Assembly (NCBI GenBank): GCA_024704765.1 | Contig: JAKMXF010000308.1 | Location: forward strand, 1 to 64,000 | Direction of reading: 5' to 3' | Origin: Oopsacas minuta | Lineage: Eukaryota; Animalia; Porifera | Length of the DNA stretch: 64,000 nt | In this document: positions 12,015-24,445 of the stretch, one piece after another | How positions within the stretch are numbered: position 1 is the stretch's first letter | Layout: each line of letters begins with the position of its first letter | Notes under the pieces: generated by a model | What the model saw: only the letters and a program-made list of their open reading frames with translations | The model's database searches: none | What the model was told of the DNA's origin: nothing | Translations under genes and position numbers: made by a program

Positions 12015-12373
12015 ACTACAAACTACTCTCACAAATAATTAATAATTTCATAAGAAATAATAGCAAACGTTATAAATACAAATTGCATAATTGTTCAAGA
12101 ATAGATTGAGATAAAATATTTAAAATACAGTTTGTAACGCACTAGTAAACAGTATACATGTGTACACATGTATACACAATTATATAAATGTAACTTAAAT
12201 TCCAAATAGAATCATAAAAAGACGGAAAAATCGAAAAATGTACAACAAAACTAAGAAATGATTTGAGCTAAGAATGAATTAGTAAAAACGAGGTACGATT
12301 TATACAGAACTCTGCGCAGTTGTAAAAGCCTTGAAATGGTAAAAAGATGAAAGTAACCCTAATCTCTACAATT

Positions 12374-14258
12374 TCAGTCCTCAGGGACAAAGGAATGAAT
12401 CTCCTCCCAAATTAGGTATTTCCAGTCCTCAATCGTCCCCCCTGTCTCGAAACGTGCTTCAGGGAAAGGACCTGTATAATCTGGAGTTAGAGACGATGGA
12501 TCAAAGAAGAAAGAGAAATATTCATGTTGTAGTGCTTCTTCTACAGATATTCTGTCAGCAGGGTCTATTATCAGTAGCTTTGAGATTATGTGTCTTGCTA
12601 GATGACAATTGTGCTCGTGCTCAATACCAGGATCTCCTACACAATATTTCATATATTATACACTTAAATTACCAATATTCAAATTGACAGAATAAACAAA
12701 CCTCCAAATAATTGATCGGGGAATTTCTCATTGAAATTAATCGCAGCTTTTCGTGGTCTATGCAAGCAATAACATTTAACATCTTCTGCTAGAACTTTAT
12801 CAAAAAACTTTAACGGAGGAGTACCCACAATATCACAAACTTTGTCCCATTGATCTACTAAATTTTCTCCAGGCATGAGAGGGTGTTTGGTGATGAGTTC
12901 TGCTAGGATACACCCCACAGACCAAAGGTCTACCTCTACACCGTAAGGAATACTCAGGATAATTTCAGGAGCACGATAGTACCGTGTAACCACGTATGGA
13001 GTAAGAATAGGGTTGGGCTTGTGGTCTAAAAAGGTGGATAAATTAAAATAAGAATATCCATTTGATTAAAGTTTTGGGAAGAAAATCAATGTTGAAACCA
13101 CGCGAACCAAATATCAGTACATACTCATAATATTTGATGTTGATTAACCGAAAACCGAATACCCATATAACTCGGTAACAGAATATTGAACTGTTCGGTT
13201 GCAACCTTGGATAATGTTTAACTTCAAGAATTTATGAGAAATAAACTCGATCATTAGTAAACCTACCAAGATCCAGCATAGATCTAGCCAATCCAAAATC
13301 TAGCAGTTTTATAACACAGTGTGAGTTAATGACTATGTTGCTGGGTTTGAGATCTCTGTGAGCTACTCCGCACTTGTGTAGGTAATTAACTGCAGACAGC
13401 ATCTGGTAGCCGATGAACTGGATACGAGGATGATCTAGGAGCATTGATTTCAGCTGATTTAGATTAGCGTCTAAACATTCCATAGTGACATAAATGTGAT
13501 TGAAGTTCTGAAAATAAACAAGGTAAACATAACAATCAGGGTCGACATGTTTCATCCATGTGAATAAAGCAATGGCAAATATAAGTTAGCAGATTGCTGA
13601 TAATATTAAATATTTAATTCCAGCAATTCTTCATAATTTGGAACTAGTGCTATTGTTACAATTCTATGATAATTCACTCATGGTTATCCTCAGCCAGACA
13701 TGGATTACTTTGTAATTTATGGTTGAAAAGTCGTGGTGGAAATCGTAGATATCTAGAAATGCTGACCCTATTTACCCTCGATATCCATTGTATTCAAAAT
13801 CCGTGGATTATTAAAAAAATTTATCAATCGAATCATAAGATAAATATCGAGAAAGGACAATTTTCCCCAGGATACCAGAAGAGGCGATTATCGGAGTAAG
13901 TAATGTATTGTGTGATTAGCATATTACTTACATCTATAGTTTGACAGGGTGTAAACAGATTTAGTAGATTAATAATACTCGGATGTTTCATCCTCTTCAT
14001 AAGAAATATCTCTCTGTAAGCTCTCTTAGCATCATGATTCTTAGAAAAGGCCTTAGTCAACTTCTTAATTGCAACTTTTTCATTATTTCTGGAGAGATCA
14101 TAAGCCGAACAGACAGTGCCTTGAGCGCCAATACCAATACGTTTCGGTTTCTGGTAACGTCTCGGTAGAATAAATTCTTCTTTATTAACAATATGTTTGT
14201 AATACTCTTCAACTCTGTTAGTATTGTACTGTGCATGAGTAATAATCTTACCAGCCAT
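12374..14258 (-). CDS. JNK: c-Jun N-terminal kinase (exons 14258-13932, 13507-13267, 13025-12702, 12636-12374; 384 aa)
   Basis: [34 protein letters not shown]. Splicing restores the activation loop [14 protein letters not shown] (TPY motif diagnostic of JNK). The exons sum to 1155 nt and include a 65-nt intron. Confidence 0.95.
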
Positions 14259-14553
14259 ATTAGTACATAACTATCCTAATTATATGATTATCTAATCAAA
14301 TAATATTATAAATGGGTAAATGGGTAAAAAGGTAACGCATTCAATAATGTTACACAGAAAATGAAGTAGAAATCAGCTGTAATTACTGGAAGATTACACT
14401 ATATATGCTGTGTGGTAGTTGATGAGAAATATATGAAATCTGCAGTTTAATATTCCTTACAGGGAAATGAAACAAGCAAGCTATAGTATCCTTATGCTCA
14501 TGAGATTAACACAATATTAATATCATAAGGAAATAACGCAAAAAATGTTAATA

Positions 14554-14695
14554 CAGTATAACTCGGTTAAGAAGTACTCGGCTTAAGACGTACTAAATTA
14601 TTCTTCCCAAAAGGACAAAATGTATTGAATCGTACTCGGTTAATACGTACTTTTTATTGTTTCCCAAGCTAGTACGTCTTAACCGAGTTCTACTG
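14554..14695. mobile_element. 142-bp Tc1/pogo-type MITE with TA target duplication
   Basis: TA|CAGTATAACTCGGTTAAGAAGTACT ... AGTACGTCTTAACCGAGTTCTACTG|TA (25-bp TIRs, 2 mismatches), with internal 'gtactcgg(c/t)taa' repeats. Confidence 0.8.
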
Positions 14696-15008
14696 TACCA
14701 TAAAATTTTGATGATATAAGATATTATTTTCCATAGAAGAATTTTATGTAGGATATTCTCCAATAATCATATTACATGTGTCAAATTAAAGTAGTCATCG
14801 CAGTAAATCCTCTACTATGATACAGTTATCAGTTCATTAATATAGATATTAGTCAGTGCAATATTAATCTTAAGAGATATGCGAGTACTAGCGCTTGCAT
14901 ACGTTAGCATTTGTACATACACCTTTGCTATACTTTCGAATAAATATCAGAAGCATTGATTGAGAAGTATTCACATAAATCTAAGCGATCGGGTGAGGAA
15001 CATGTCAG

Positions 15009-17395
15009 TCAGTACTTCCAATTACTGACAGATGACATTTTAGTTGAAGGTCTAGTAGAAGTAGCACCAGTACTTGAAGGACCTCTACTTATGCTGCTCT
15101 GAGAGGAATGACAAGAACTTACATTTTGAATAAGTCTGTCATCTAACTGTTCTCTCAACAAAGTCAAATCTTCTTCCGTGAACCAAGGTTTATGTGGTCC
15201 CTGGTCTCGCTGTGCTGCTGTGAGAGTGGGAGCAGATGGCTTCTTGCCTCTAAAAATGTGTTAATTATTCATCTTATTAAAGTAAAAACAATTTTTCTCA
15301 CTAGGATATTCGCTTTTATGATATACGATATTCACGTACATGGATAAATTATTAGATCAGCGATTTCCAACTTTTTGTATCGTGGGCACCTCTGTGGAGG
15401 CTACAATAGTTCTATAGAGCATTAGTATCGTGCGATCATTGATCACACCATCACGATCGGAGGATGATCGCCGATCATTTTATAAACAATGATCGAGTGT
15501 AAGATCGCGATCATTTTTCCCGAAAAATTTCGATCATATTTTCTATCTTTTTAGGCAGACAGAATGTGAAAATATTTGAATCTAGACTCATAATGTATAT
15601 AGAAATGTCTGTACTAAGTTTCATGTCAATCGGACTGGTAGATTTCGCATGGCCGCACGGACGGACGAACTGCCGCAGGTAATAGAGCATCTCCTTACAT
15701 GGGATGCTTATAAATTTCAGAAATGTGATAGAAAAATGATCGTGATTGTGATCGCGATTCTTTTGGTGCAAGGATCGAAATCACGATCTCTGATCATTTT
15801 TTATTGAACGATCGGGATCGTGATCGCGATCATTAATTTGGTGATCGACTAATGCCCTACCCTTAAGTATCCATGACTCCAGTTTGGGAATCACTATCCT
15901 TGGTAAAATGGTGAAATTAATATTCATTTTTGAATATCGCTAGTGAAAACGAACTAAGAATGAGAACAATTACTAAGTAATAACAAAAGTACAGTACTTG
16001 CTTGAATAGTAGCCCCCCGAGGGACCCAAAATATTTAACTCCCTACATGGAATAATTATTCCCCTATATATTGATTTATATACTGTTTTTAGGATCAAAA
16101 CATAATATAACCCAGATATGATCATATAATGATTTACGTGTTATAAATTTCGTAACTTCACTCTTAAGGGGACTTAAATTAATAATCCCCGCTACTATTC
16201 AAGGAAATACGGTATATAGTATTGAAACTAACTTGTAAGCTTTCACAGGAGACACCTTCTCTCCAGGCAGAGGTATCAGAATAGAGTCTGGTAGAATACC
16301 AGAGAAGAACCCTCCTTCATAGAATGTTCTATACAACACCCTCATTCCTCCAGACAGCATAAACACATTATCAACATCTTTCTGTATAAATAATGTAGCT
16401 GCCAGTGGAGCTATAGACTCATCCATATCACATAACACTATTATCTTGCCTGGTTTGTTTTTGTATAGGAATATCTCACGAGTGAAATAATTACAAGATT
16501 TGGATAGATTAGCTATTGGGAAGTTCTGAGCACTTGTTATGTGGCATTGTTCATAGTCTACTGATTCACGTACATCAAGTAGTAGGTAGGGCGAATCTTT
16601 TATTTCAAGCTAAGGAGGGATGGAAGTGAATAAAATTAAATAATTTGATGAAATTTTCACTATGTAACAAATTAGGATAATTAGCTTCCCAAAATCTTTT
16701 GTATTTTCTAATAGCTCTTCTTCAGGGCTATATGGTATACTGAGTCCGAATTTTGTACTTTTAAGTTTCTCATATGTAAATTTATCGTTGTTGATTTATG
16801 ACCGCGTATAACGAGGTACTACTATGTGTAAATGAAGGCATGTATCACTAACTGACTGCTGATGATTAGGAAGAGATGATTCAGACTCAGGAGAGGGAAG
16901 TTTGGGTTGTTCAGTGGAATCTAGATCCCCTCTCCCAGTAATCAGGTCGATAAGAGTATGTCTCTCAGAAGTGTCAGTTGGAGAGGATTCAATAGGAGGT
17001 GGGGAAGTGACGTCATCTCCCTCCTTTGGCATTATTTCAGGTCTGAGTTCTTCTGTCTCTATTTGTGCGTAATAATCATCTGCTACCTGAATTATTGAAA
17101 CACTTGAGCATAAACTGACTACTTCACAAATTCAATTAGGATACAATTAACTCACTTGCATAATCAGCTGAGAGAAGGTAGTGCATTTAATTCTTTTGAA
17201 TATTTCATCTTTCTTGTATTTATAACATGCCTGCATTTGCTCCATCTTCTGCATATAGCTAGATATGGAGCTGCCAGTATCCACCTTACGACCTACATTC
17301 TTGTACCGTGGGTTCTGTGGTACTTTCTTATTGGGGAGGCTAGGAATCTCACTTTTAGACCCCAGACTAGATTTCATACCAGGTCTAGAAGCCAT
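15009..17395 (-). CDS. CEP41: Centrosomal protein 41 kDa, rhodanese-like (exons 17395-17156, 17086-16853, 16609-16233, 15249-15009; 363 aa)
   Basis: VPQNPRYK...VDTGSS...YKYKKDEIFKRIKCTTFSQLIMQV, PYLLLDVRE...CHI, FMLSGGMRVL, and last exon WFTEEDL. The exons sum to 1092 nt with compatible phases. Confidence 0.93.
15358..15896. mobile_element. hAT-like MITE with a nested GATC-rich element (15415-15859), in CEP41 intron 3
   Basis: Outer ends CAGCGATTTCCAAC / GTTTGGGAATCACTA. Inner ends TAGAGCATTAGT / ACTAATGCCCTA (11/12 inverted match) with many gatc(g)cgatc subterminal motifs. No matching TSDs. Confidence 0.5.
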
Positions 17396-17443
17396 GTTAA
17401 ATCTACACAAATTACCTGTCACAATAAACAGATATATAAATAT

Positions 17444-17815
17444 ACTAGCCGCAACGCCGCCCTCTGGGCGGCTTTTTCTGTTAGTTCCTGCGGAATGCTT
17501 TTTGAGGCCTTCGGCACTCACGATTGTCTTTTGAAGTTTGCGAACGCTACGCATCCGCATGTAATAGCTCTGAGTGAACAATCAAAAAACCTATTACATT
17601 GCTATGCGGCATTCTTTCAAGTGTTTGTTATGTGATGGTACAATATTGCATTTTGTCAATTCTTCGGGTGTAGTTATACATTATTGGTGAGGTATTAGTA
17701 CTATTTATACTAAACTATTTTATTAGGTGTTATATATAGATAGCTCAAAAGCCGCCCAAAGGCGGCTTTGGAGCTAGTTCCTGTGGAAGGCTTTGTGAAG
17801 GCCCGTGGGGTAATG
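17444..17815 (-). repeat. Two related Helitron-like 3' ends with GC hairpins
   Basis: 'gccgccc-tct-gggcggc' (about 17455-17471) and 'tagctcaaaagccgcc-caaa-ggcggctttggagcta' (17741-17776, 16-bp stem with 1 mismatch), each followed by related 'tagttcctg.ggaa.gcttt' sequence. The first reads ...GCGGCTAGT on the minus strand. Confidence 0.5.
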
Positions 17816-18247
17816 TGGAGAAAGTTGGGTATCACTTTCTCCGCATTACTTAACGGGATCAAAAACTGTGAATAGTAACTATTGTAAATGGTAGAATCTG
17901 ATTGAACCAAATTCCCAGACATATTCATATTATACGAAGGAAGGAATCTGATTAGCCAACGGTAATCAATCAGATTCCTCCGAAAATGGATTGATTTATA
18001 TGGGCGAGGTGTGAAAAATCCACATATCATGTCCAAAAATGGTTTGATTCGAAAAATAATTCTTACTTGGAAAGGTTGAGTACTACTTAGTTGACAGACA
18101 AAATTTGTTTCGAATCGAGCCAGGCATCTCTGAGAAAACGCGTGGAACACACACACACACGTTTTATATATAAAAATATAATATTACTGTACAATTGAGC
18201 GAAGATATTCAGTAGAAAAGCGAAAATTAATTAAGTAGTTTTCTAAG

Positions 18248-20311
18248 TTAGCTATAAAATCTGTCATCATTTTTACCATCCCATAGACCAGAATAAGTGT
18301 GATTTTGGTGATAAAAGCCTCGTACTATTAGTCTGAACACAACATAGCCAGTATTGAGGACACGGTTAGCAAGATTGTTATCTTCAAAGCCCCATATGTC
18401 TTTGAACTGAGAGGAATCCATCCCTCTAACTTTCATCCAGTCTGATTTGTATAAACTAAACAGTCCGTAACCAGATATAGAGTATGATCCAATGTACTGT
18501 TGTTTTAGAAACAATTGCATATGGAAGTCACAAGTAAAATAGAATATGATAGGAGCAAATCCTGAGTAACCCTGGAAAGTGTGTTTGCGTATAGTATCAG
18601 GGAGATGTGCTGGATAATATATAGACAGATCAGTTATGAATATTATGTCATTTGGATTCTTAACACTATCTATTCCTACGTTAATAGCTGCCGTCTTCGA
18701 CCAAGGTCCTCCAAAATCAATCACAGACCAGTGGTTGAGTCTGCTCTGACGTAACAAGGTTATTACGTCAATCAGAGGCGTCACATAGTTCACTATTATT
18801 ATACCGAAATTCTCATCTCCAGTCTTATCAAATACTCGCTCCATGTTCTGAACAAACTCTCGTATCATTTGTGGGAAGTTCCTGTGTGTGACAAGAAAGT
18901 GTACAAACGTATCTCTACGCATCTTCATGTAGACAGGATGACACAACAAAGAAGAAAGAATGTCTTTGCGTTTCAATACTACGAACTCAGAGATGAGATA
19001 TTCCTTTAGTGGATTCTGTGCATACGTAATCAGCACCTCGACTAGATACAAATCACCACTCAAATTGTCAACAAGTCTCTCCATGTTTATGAGGCGAGAC
19101 AGACGAGCTGTAGGGTTTGAAAGCATTAAGTGATGCATGAAAAGGTTCAAAACCTTTTTCATGAATTGTTCGCTTATGACTATAGTGCGTACTGATAACT
19201 CCACGTGTCGTGTGTAGAGAGTGACAGCAGGGTATGTATTTATAATACCGAGGTTATTCGCTATTCTTATCGGGTTTATATCCACATAAGACGGGGTGTA
19301 ATCACAAGGAGGGAATATCCAACTATCTCCAAACTTATCAATATCAACATGAGAATTAGAGAAGAGAGTATTCCTCTCATCAAAGGGATGCATTACGTTA
19401 GTTAGCTCAGAACTAGGAGCATGTAACGGGAGAGTAGATTTGTAAGTCTCAGGAATAACTCCATCACCGAAGTCATATACGAAAGGATAAATATATTCTG
19501 TTGGTATTGGTTTGTAATCTGGAGAGGAATTATCTTTCCATTTAATCTCTAACACCCCTTCTGTATTGCTAGCATGTAGAATCTCAATGTATTGCTTATT
19601 GTCCGCAACAAGATTAACAGTGAAATGACTTACTAGCCATTTTGCCTTGGCAAAATGTGTTACAATATTAGGAATTGATATTTTGTATTCTACTGCATTG
19701 GAAGGCAGTTCATCAGGAGATAGCCATAACTCAACAGATCCGAAATAGGACACTTGAAATGAATAACTGCCCCTCACGGCAGGCATTATATAACCAAATA
19801 TTCTAACACCAGTAAACTCTATAGACTTGATGGTAGCGAGAATACGAGTACCAGATTTTCTCCAAGGATTGTATGGAAAATCTATTTTCACCTTCAACAT
19901 GTCTATTGACTCAGAACAATGATCTCTCCATGTATAAATATTCAGAAACCCCCCTGGTATGTCTGTGAATAGATTCTTATTCAAATCATTGCTGTATAGA
20001 GCATCAACATTTGTGAAATTAGAAGGGAACTGGTTGGCATTGGATATATTCAAAATCCGTTTTCTTAGTTCATGGAGGTTGCTATCGAAATCTGGAATTG
20101 GCTGACCGAATTCAATTTCAATTTCTAGTTCATCAAGATATTCATCAATAGGAAATGGAGAGAATTGTTTCCTTCTTGAATTATTCGTAAATAATACAAC
20201 AATAAATATCAATAAAATCAAAGACATTAGCTTGATTGTACAAGGATTTTTGCACCATTTGTAGAACTTGTAGAATATATGTTTTATAGGGAAGGCAATA
20301 AGAGATATCAT
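18248..20311 (-). CDS. Beta-1,4-N-acetylgalactosaminyltransferase 3/4-like (type II membrane; PA14 and GT7/CHGN domains)
   Basis: N-terminal TM segment, PA14-like GVRIFGYIMP...SVELWLSPDE...YIEILH, and GT7-like IIFITDLSIYYP, GYGLFSLYKSDW, WGFED. Intronless, 687 aa. Confidence 0.85.
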   Translation of the reverse strand: MISLIAFPIKHIFYKFYKWCKNPCTIKLMSLILLIFIVVLFTNNSRRKQFSPFPIDEYLDELEIEIEFGQPIPDFDSNLHELRKRILNISNANQFPSNFTNVDALYSNDLNKNLFTDIPGGFLNIYTWRDHCSESIDMLKVKIDFPYNPWRKSGTRILATIKSIEFTGVRIFGYIMPAVRGSYSFQVSYFGSVELWLSPDELPSNAVEYKISIPNIVTHFAKAKWLVSHFTVNLVADNKQYIEILHASNTEGVLEIKWKDNSSPDYKPIPTEYIYPFVYDFGDGVIPETYKSTLPLHAPSSELTNVMHPFDERNTLFSNSHVDIDKFGDSWIFPPCDYTPSYVDINPIRIANNLGIINTYPAVTLYTRHVELSVRTIVISEQFMKKVLNLFMHHLMLSNPTARLSRLINMERLVDNLSGDLYLVEVLITYAQNPLKEYLISEFVVLKRKDILSSLLCHPVYMKMRRDTFVHFLVTHRNFPQMIREFVQNMERVFDKTGDENFGIIIVNYVTPLIDVITLLRQSRLNHWSVIDFGGPWSKTAAINVGIDSVKNPNDIIFITDLSIYYPAHLPDTIRKHTFQGYSGFAPIIFYFTCDFHMQLFLKQQYIGSYSISGYGLFSLYKSDWMKVRGMDSSQFKDIWGFEDNNLANRVLNTGYVVFRLIVRGFYHQNHTYSGLWDGKNDDRFYS

Positions 20312-20546
20312 TATAAAAGTACTGGGGTATGTGTGTATATTGCAACTGAAACCAAAATTCTAATCAGATTTTCCTGATCATTAATAAATTATGGGGTATT
20401 AATAATGTGAATATAATACCAAATTACGTCATGAAACCGCGGCTAAAATACCATATATTCTTGTACTAAAAGTCGTTTATGTTGAGAAAATATTTGATAC
20501 AATATACCCCAGGGGTGTTAAATTATTAATGTTGTACATAACTGAC

Positions 20547-21326
20547 ATGCTAAACAGTTCTAGACAGCTGTTGCGGCTTTTCCAGTTAGATTCATTACCC
20601 TTGATCAGGGTTGTAGTGCTCAAATTTCTAGTGGGGAGCGCTTATAAAAGAATACATTACGCAAAATTGTTAAAACAAAGTTATTTTTCTATCAACGAAA
20701 TACGTTTAATCCGCGTAATTGGTTGGAAATGGCCTGGTGCTGATGTTACCCCACTAAGAGGAGTTACCTAGAGTACGAAAAAAGGGCAACTCTGGAAAGC
20801 TTAATCTACCTTTACTATAATAAAATAACAATAATCAAGTTAAAGTGGGGCAGCGCCTCTCCCTATTGAATTTGTAGTGGGGGGAGCGACGCTCCCCCTA
20901 CACCCCTGCCCTCGATCTCTTCAAAACATGTATTCATATTCATCCTTCACCCCCTTATCACCATATGCGTGTTGCCGATAATTATGGCATTGATTTGTAT
21001 CAGAAGAATGTTGAAACAAATTTTCGTTCAGTATTTACAAAATGTTGAAAATGACCTTCTCATGTGTATTACGATCCTGACAAGTCTCAAGATTGGTCGC
21101 ATAGAGTAGCTTCTAGAACTCCTAAACTATCAGGTGTAGCTATTATTCCAGATACTAGTATCAACTATGTTTCAAGAGAATTATTTAAGGAATTTAAAAC
21201 AACTAGCTGTTAGTCTGTTTACCCTGATACTATAGACTTCTTAGATCATTGCCGAGACAATCCCTCCCCATGGCTGGTATGCGGTATGCAATACAGAATA
21301 CTGACCTCAATTCATAAGGCTCAATA
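20547..21326 (+). pseudogene. Probable HDHD3/Reg-2-like HAD hydrolase pseudogene
   Basis: By-hand translation gives PVRFITLD (about 20580), then VADNYGIDLYQKNVETNFRSVFTKC*K*PSHVYY...SRELFKEFKTTSC*SVYPDTIDFLDHCRD (20963-21326). The TAG falls where the family has a conserved Trp. There are frameshifts and an intervening repeat at about 20840-20910. Confidence 0.5.
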
Positions 21327-21476
21327 ATAATATATCAGAAGAATTCGAGTACAATAATATAATATCTATAATCTATTTATTACGTAAAATAAACATGATA
21401 CTATTACGTACGAGTATTCAATAATAATCAAATTTATACATACCATGACAAAGACATTGAATGATATAAATAATAG

Positions 21477-22271
21477 CTAAATAAGAATAGGTTTAATCTG
21501 AGAGGGTCGTTGTGAGAGAGGGTGTGGACTGCTCTGCAGGAGAGAAGAATAGTTTAGTAAGTAGAATGTTGCAGCAGTTATTAACCCAATAATACAACCT
21601 GCAAGTATATCTACACCGAAATTAAGATTGAAGTTGAATGGTATTAAACTGATTAACACTGCAGAGTAGTTAATAAAGATAAATATGCATAATTTCCAAA
21701 ACTGAGTCTTGCCAGAAGAAGAGAAAATACCCAATTTTTCAGAAATGAATAGAGAGGTCCAAAACAGATTACACATAGACCAAGAAGCGATACCACTAGG
21801 AAAACTCCTGAGACCATCATGTATCTTATTCATATCTCCTGTACATTGTCCCAATACAATTGCTGCACCATCTGGCCAGCACCTAGACACGAAATCAGGA
21901 CTTCTATTAGCGCATACAACTTGTAAGTAACTGACCAAAAATGAAGTCACACTAAGTGCTCCTGATAAACTGAATATAGCATTAGCAGAGCTGAATATAG
22001 GATCGTGTCTCCAAGCTGACGAAATTAAAATTGAAGTAAGAGGAACGAGTAAAATCATAAAGTAAAGGGAAATGGAATTTGGGATAAAATACTTATGTTG
22101 GTAGCTGAAATATATAATTTCACTTCTATGAATTGGTGTAAAAGATGGAGGAATAAGTACGAAAGCAAATGCGAGGATGAAGAGAGTACATCGGAAGAGG
22201 AGCCCTAATAATATGCTTATTTTAACAAAAGATGAGTTCAAGTCGTAATTATCTGTAGGTTTTATATGCAT
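21477..22271 (-). CDS. PAP2-family phospholipid phosphatase (PLPP4/5-like fold) with degenerate catalytic motifs
   Basis: Six hydrophobic segments and recognisable PDFVSRCWPDG, GLRSFPSG, VDILAG. Intronless, 264 aa. Confidence 0.85.
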   Translation of the reverse strand: MHIKPTDNYDLNSSFVKISILLGLLFRCTLFILAFAFVLIPPSFTPIHRSEIIYFSYQHKYFIPNSISLYFMILLVPLTSILISSAWRHDPIFSSANAIFSLSGALSVTSFLVSYLQVVCANRSPDFVSRCWPDGAAIVLGQCTGDMNKIHDGLRSFPSGIASWSMCNLFWTSLFISEKLGIFSSSGKTQFWKLCIFIFINYSAVLISLIPFNFNLNFGVDILAGCIIGLITAATFYLLNYSSLLQSSPHPLSQRPSQIKPILI

Positions 22272-23191
22272 TGGAATCTAATTGCTCAAAAAATTATATT
22301 ATTAATTGCTAATATAGTAAAATTCTACAAAATATACCGTAAGCCAATTATACATGGAGGAAGATATTATTATCCAATTCGTATATTTTAAGCAAATTAG
22401 TTATCGCGAAAATGTATTCATTTCCTGGATAATTATTTACTAGTATTAACCTATAAGCTTTAACAGGTGTACTTATCTGAATTATTACGCTTCACTATGT
22501 ACCTGAGTAATGCTATTAGTGCCATCAACGAACATAAATTATTTGTATATGAATTTCCAGATTATTTTTCTTGTAGACAAAATCCTTAGCACTTATTCAG
22601 GACCTTCCTTAATATTATTAATAAACCCGTACTGCATTTCAATATAAATCCATAGTCCATGTATAATTTTCAAACAGTAATTTAAGAGATTCATAGCATT
22701 GAAAGGAACACATTTATCCATCCCCATAAGTAAACTCAAGAAACCGAGAATAAATTATTAACATTTCTCATCAACCAGCAAAGCATAGTTTTCAAAAAAA
22801 AATGTGTAATTTATATATTTTGTGGTCACTAACGAGTAGTGTTAGAGTTTCACTGAATTTGGGAATGAGGATTATTACAGTAAATTAATTGATAATTCAA
22901 CTCAAATGTTGTCTTTATGAAACAAATAAATACGAAATAATTGAACGAGTTATTGATTCATATAAATAAAGGATAGATTCTAGAGATAAACAAATATATT
23001 CTTGCCATAGAAATCTGTACAAAAATCTACACCAACAACAACTCACTAACCATCAACTAATAGAGATACTGCCTAACAAATAATCTATCAGATATATTAT
23101 AAAGTAAATACTACTATTGCGGTTATGTCACATAACATACTATCACACTTATAAATAATAATACTAACTTCTATTCACACACTTGTATCTT

Positions 23192-24445
23192 TCATGCCAT
23201 TGTACCGAACGAGGCATTATACCGACAAATAGAAGGACCGTGTTCATCGTAGTCAGCCTTGGTATGACTAACCTTGTAAAACTCTGGTGTAGAAGCGAGC
23301 ATTGAGCCACCAAACCACACAGCGTATCTCTGCATGTGATGAGTTATTACATTAACATCAATAGGAGTTGGCGTTATACGTCCACTGGACAACTCTTCGC
23401 TAAGTTTAAGACGAGCATCCACTGTACGCTGCACATCTCTCTTCAGTCTGCGACCGAAATCCTTAAACATAGTAGAACCTCCAGACAGCACGACGTTCTT
23501 ATAGAGAGGTCTACGTGTGTCGATGGGACAATTTTGAATACAGGTATCCACGGTCTCAGAGATGGGTGTGGTGAAATCAGGGTTACAGAACTCCGGATGA
23601 AAGAATATCTCGGGACCCAAGAAACGCTCATACCCTACATCGACATTGAATGGCTTCTTAGTAACATTATTTATACCTTCATACTGCTTGAACCATTTCT
23701 CAGGCTGTGAGTCATACTTCTGGAATTCTTTAGCTATGTCTGGACAAATATATCCGAAACGTTCTTTGATAACTTTAGCTGTCTCGAGAGATTGTTCAGG
23801 TCTAATGCTAGGCTCTCTCTCCCTCAACAGCTGTTGTATGAAGTACGTGATATCACGCCCAGCTATAGGTATATGTTTGATACAACTACCGATAACATAG
23901 CCTTCTGCCACAGGGATAATGTGTGTAACTCCGTCTCCTGAGTCAATAACAGTACCAGTCAATGTTCTCTCTCCCACCTGCTTAGAGGTCCAGGAAGCAG
24001 CTAGAGCTAACACAGCCTGTACTGCTATATATAGACCGGGTACATTGAAGGATTCAAACATAATCTCAGCAGTATATTCTCTGTTCTCTGGAGTGTTGAG
24101 TGGAGGCTCTGTTAGGAGGAAGTAGTGATCTTCAGGTTCTGCTCTCAGATACTTGAAGATACAGTGCTCCCAGAAACGCTCCATCAGATCCCAGTCCTCT
24201 ACTACCCCATGTCTGATGGGGTACTTGACTGAATAGGCGGGGTTATCACAATCGTCACCTGTTAAGAAGTCTAGATCCTCTACTCCTCGTGTGGACCTGC
24301 GTGTAGCAGAGTCTCCTATGTGTGCGGACTCTTTTATAGCGATACTAGAGGGGATAATGTACTGAGGCTCTGTATTACCAGCATAGCCTAGCTTTGTGTA
24401 GCCGGTTCCATTGTCAATAACACAAGCTGGTTGTCTACCTGTCAT
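23192..24445 (-). CDS. ACTR3: Actin-related protein 3
   Basis: [73 protein letters not shown]. Intronless, 417 aa. Confidence 0.99.
   Translation of the reverse strand: MTGRQPACVIDNGTGYTKLGYAGNTEPQYIIPSSIAIKESAHIGDSATRRSTRGVEDLDFLTGDDCDNPAYSVKYPIRHGVVEDWDLMERFWEHCIFKYLRAEPEDHYFLLTEPPLNTPENREYTAEIMFESFNVPGLYIAVQAVLALAASWTSKQVGERTLTGTVIDSGDGVTHIIPVAEGYVIGSCIKHIPIAGRDITYFIQQLLREREPSIRPEQSLETAKVIKERFGYICPDIAKEFQKYDSQPEKWFKQYEGINNVTKKPFNVDVGYERFLGPEIFFHPEFCNPDFTTPISETVDTCIQNCPIDTRRPLYKNVVLSGGSTMFKDFGRRLKRDVQRTVDARLKLSEELSSGRITPTPIDVNVITHHMQRYAVWFGGSMLASTPEFYKVSHTKADYDEHGPSICRYNASFGTMA

Noticed and set aside
22430-22830. Possible degenerate coding remnant between PLPP and ARP3, with a similar one at 28700-29110
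   Set aside because: Many stops and no recognisable domain.
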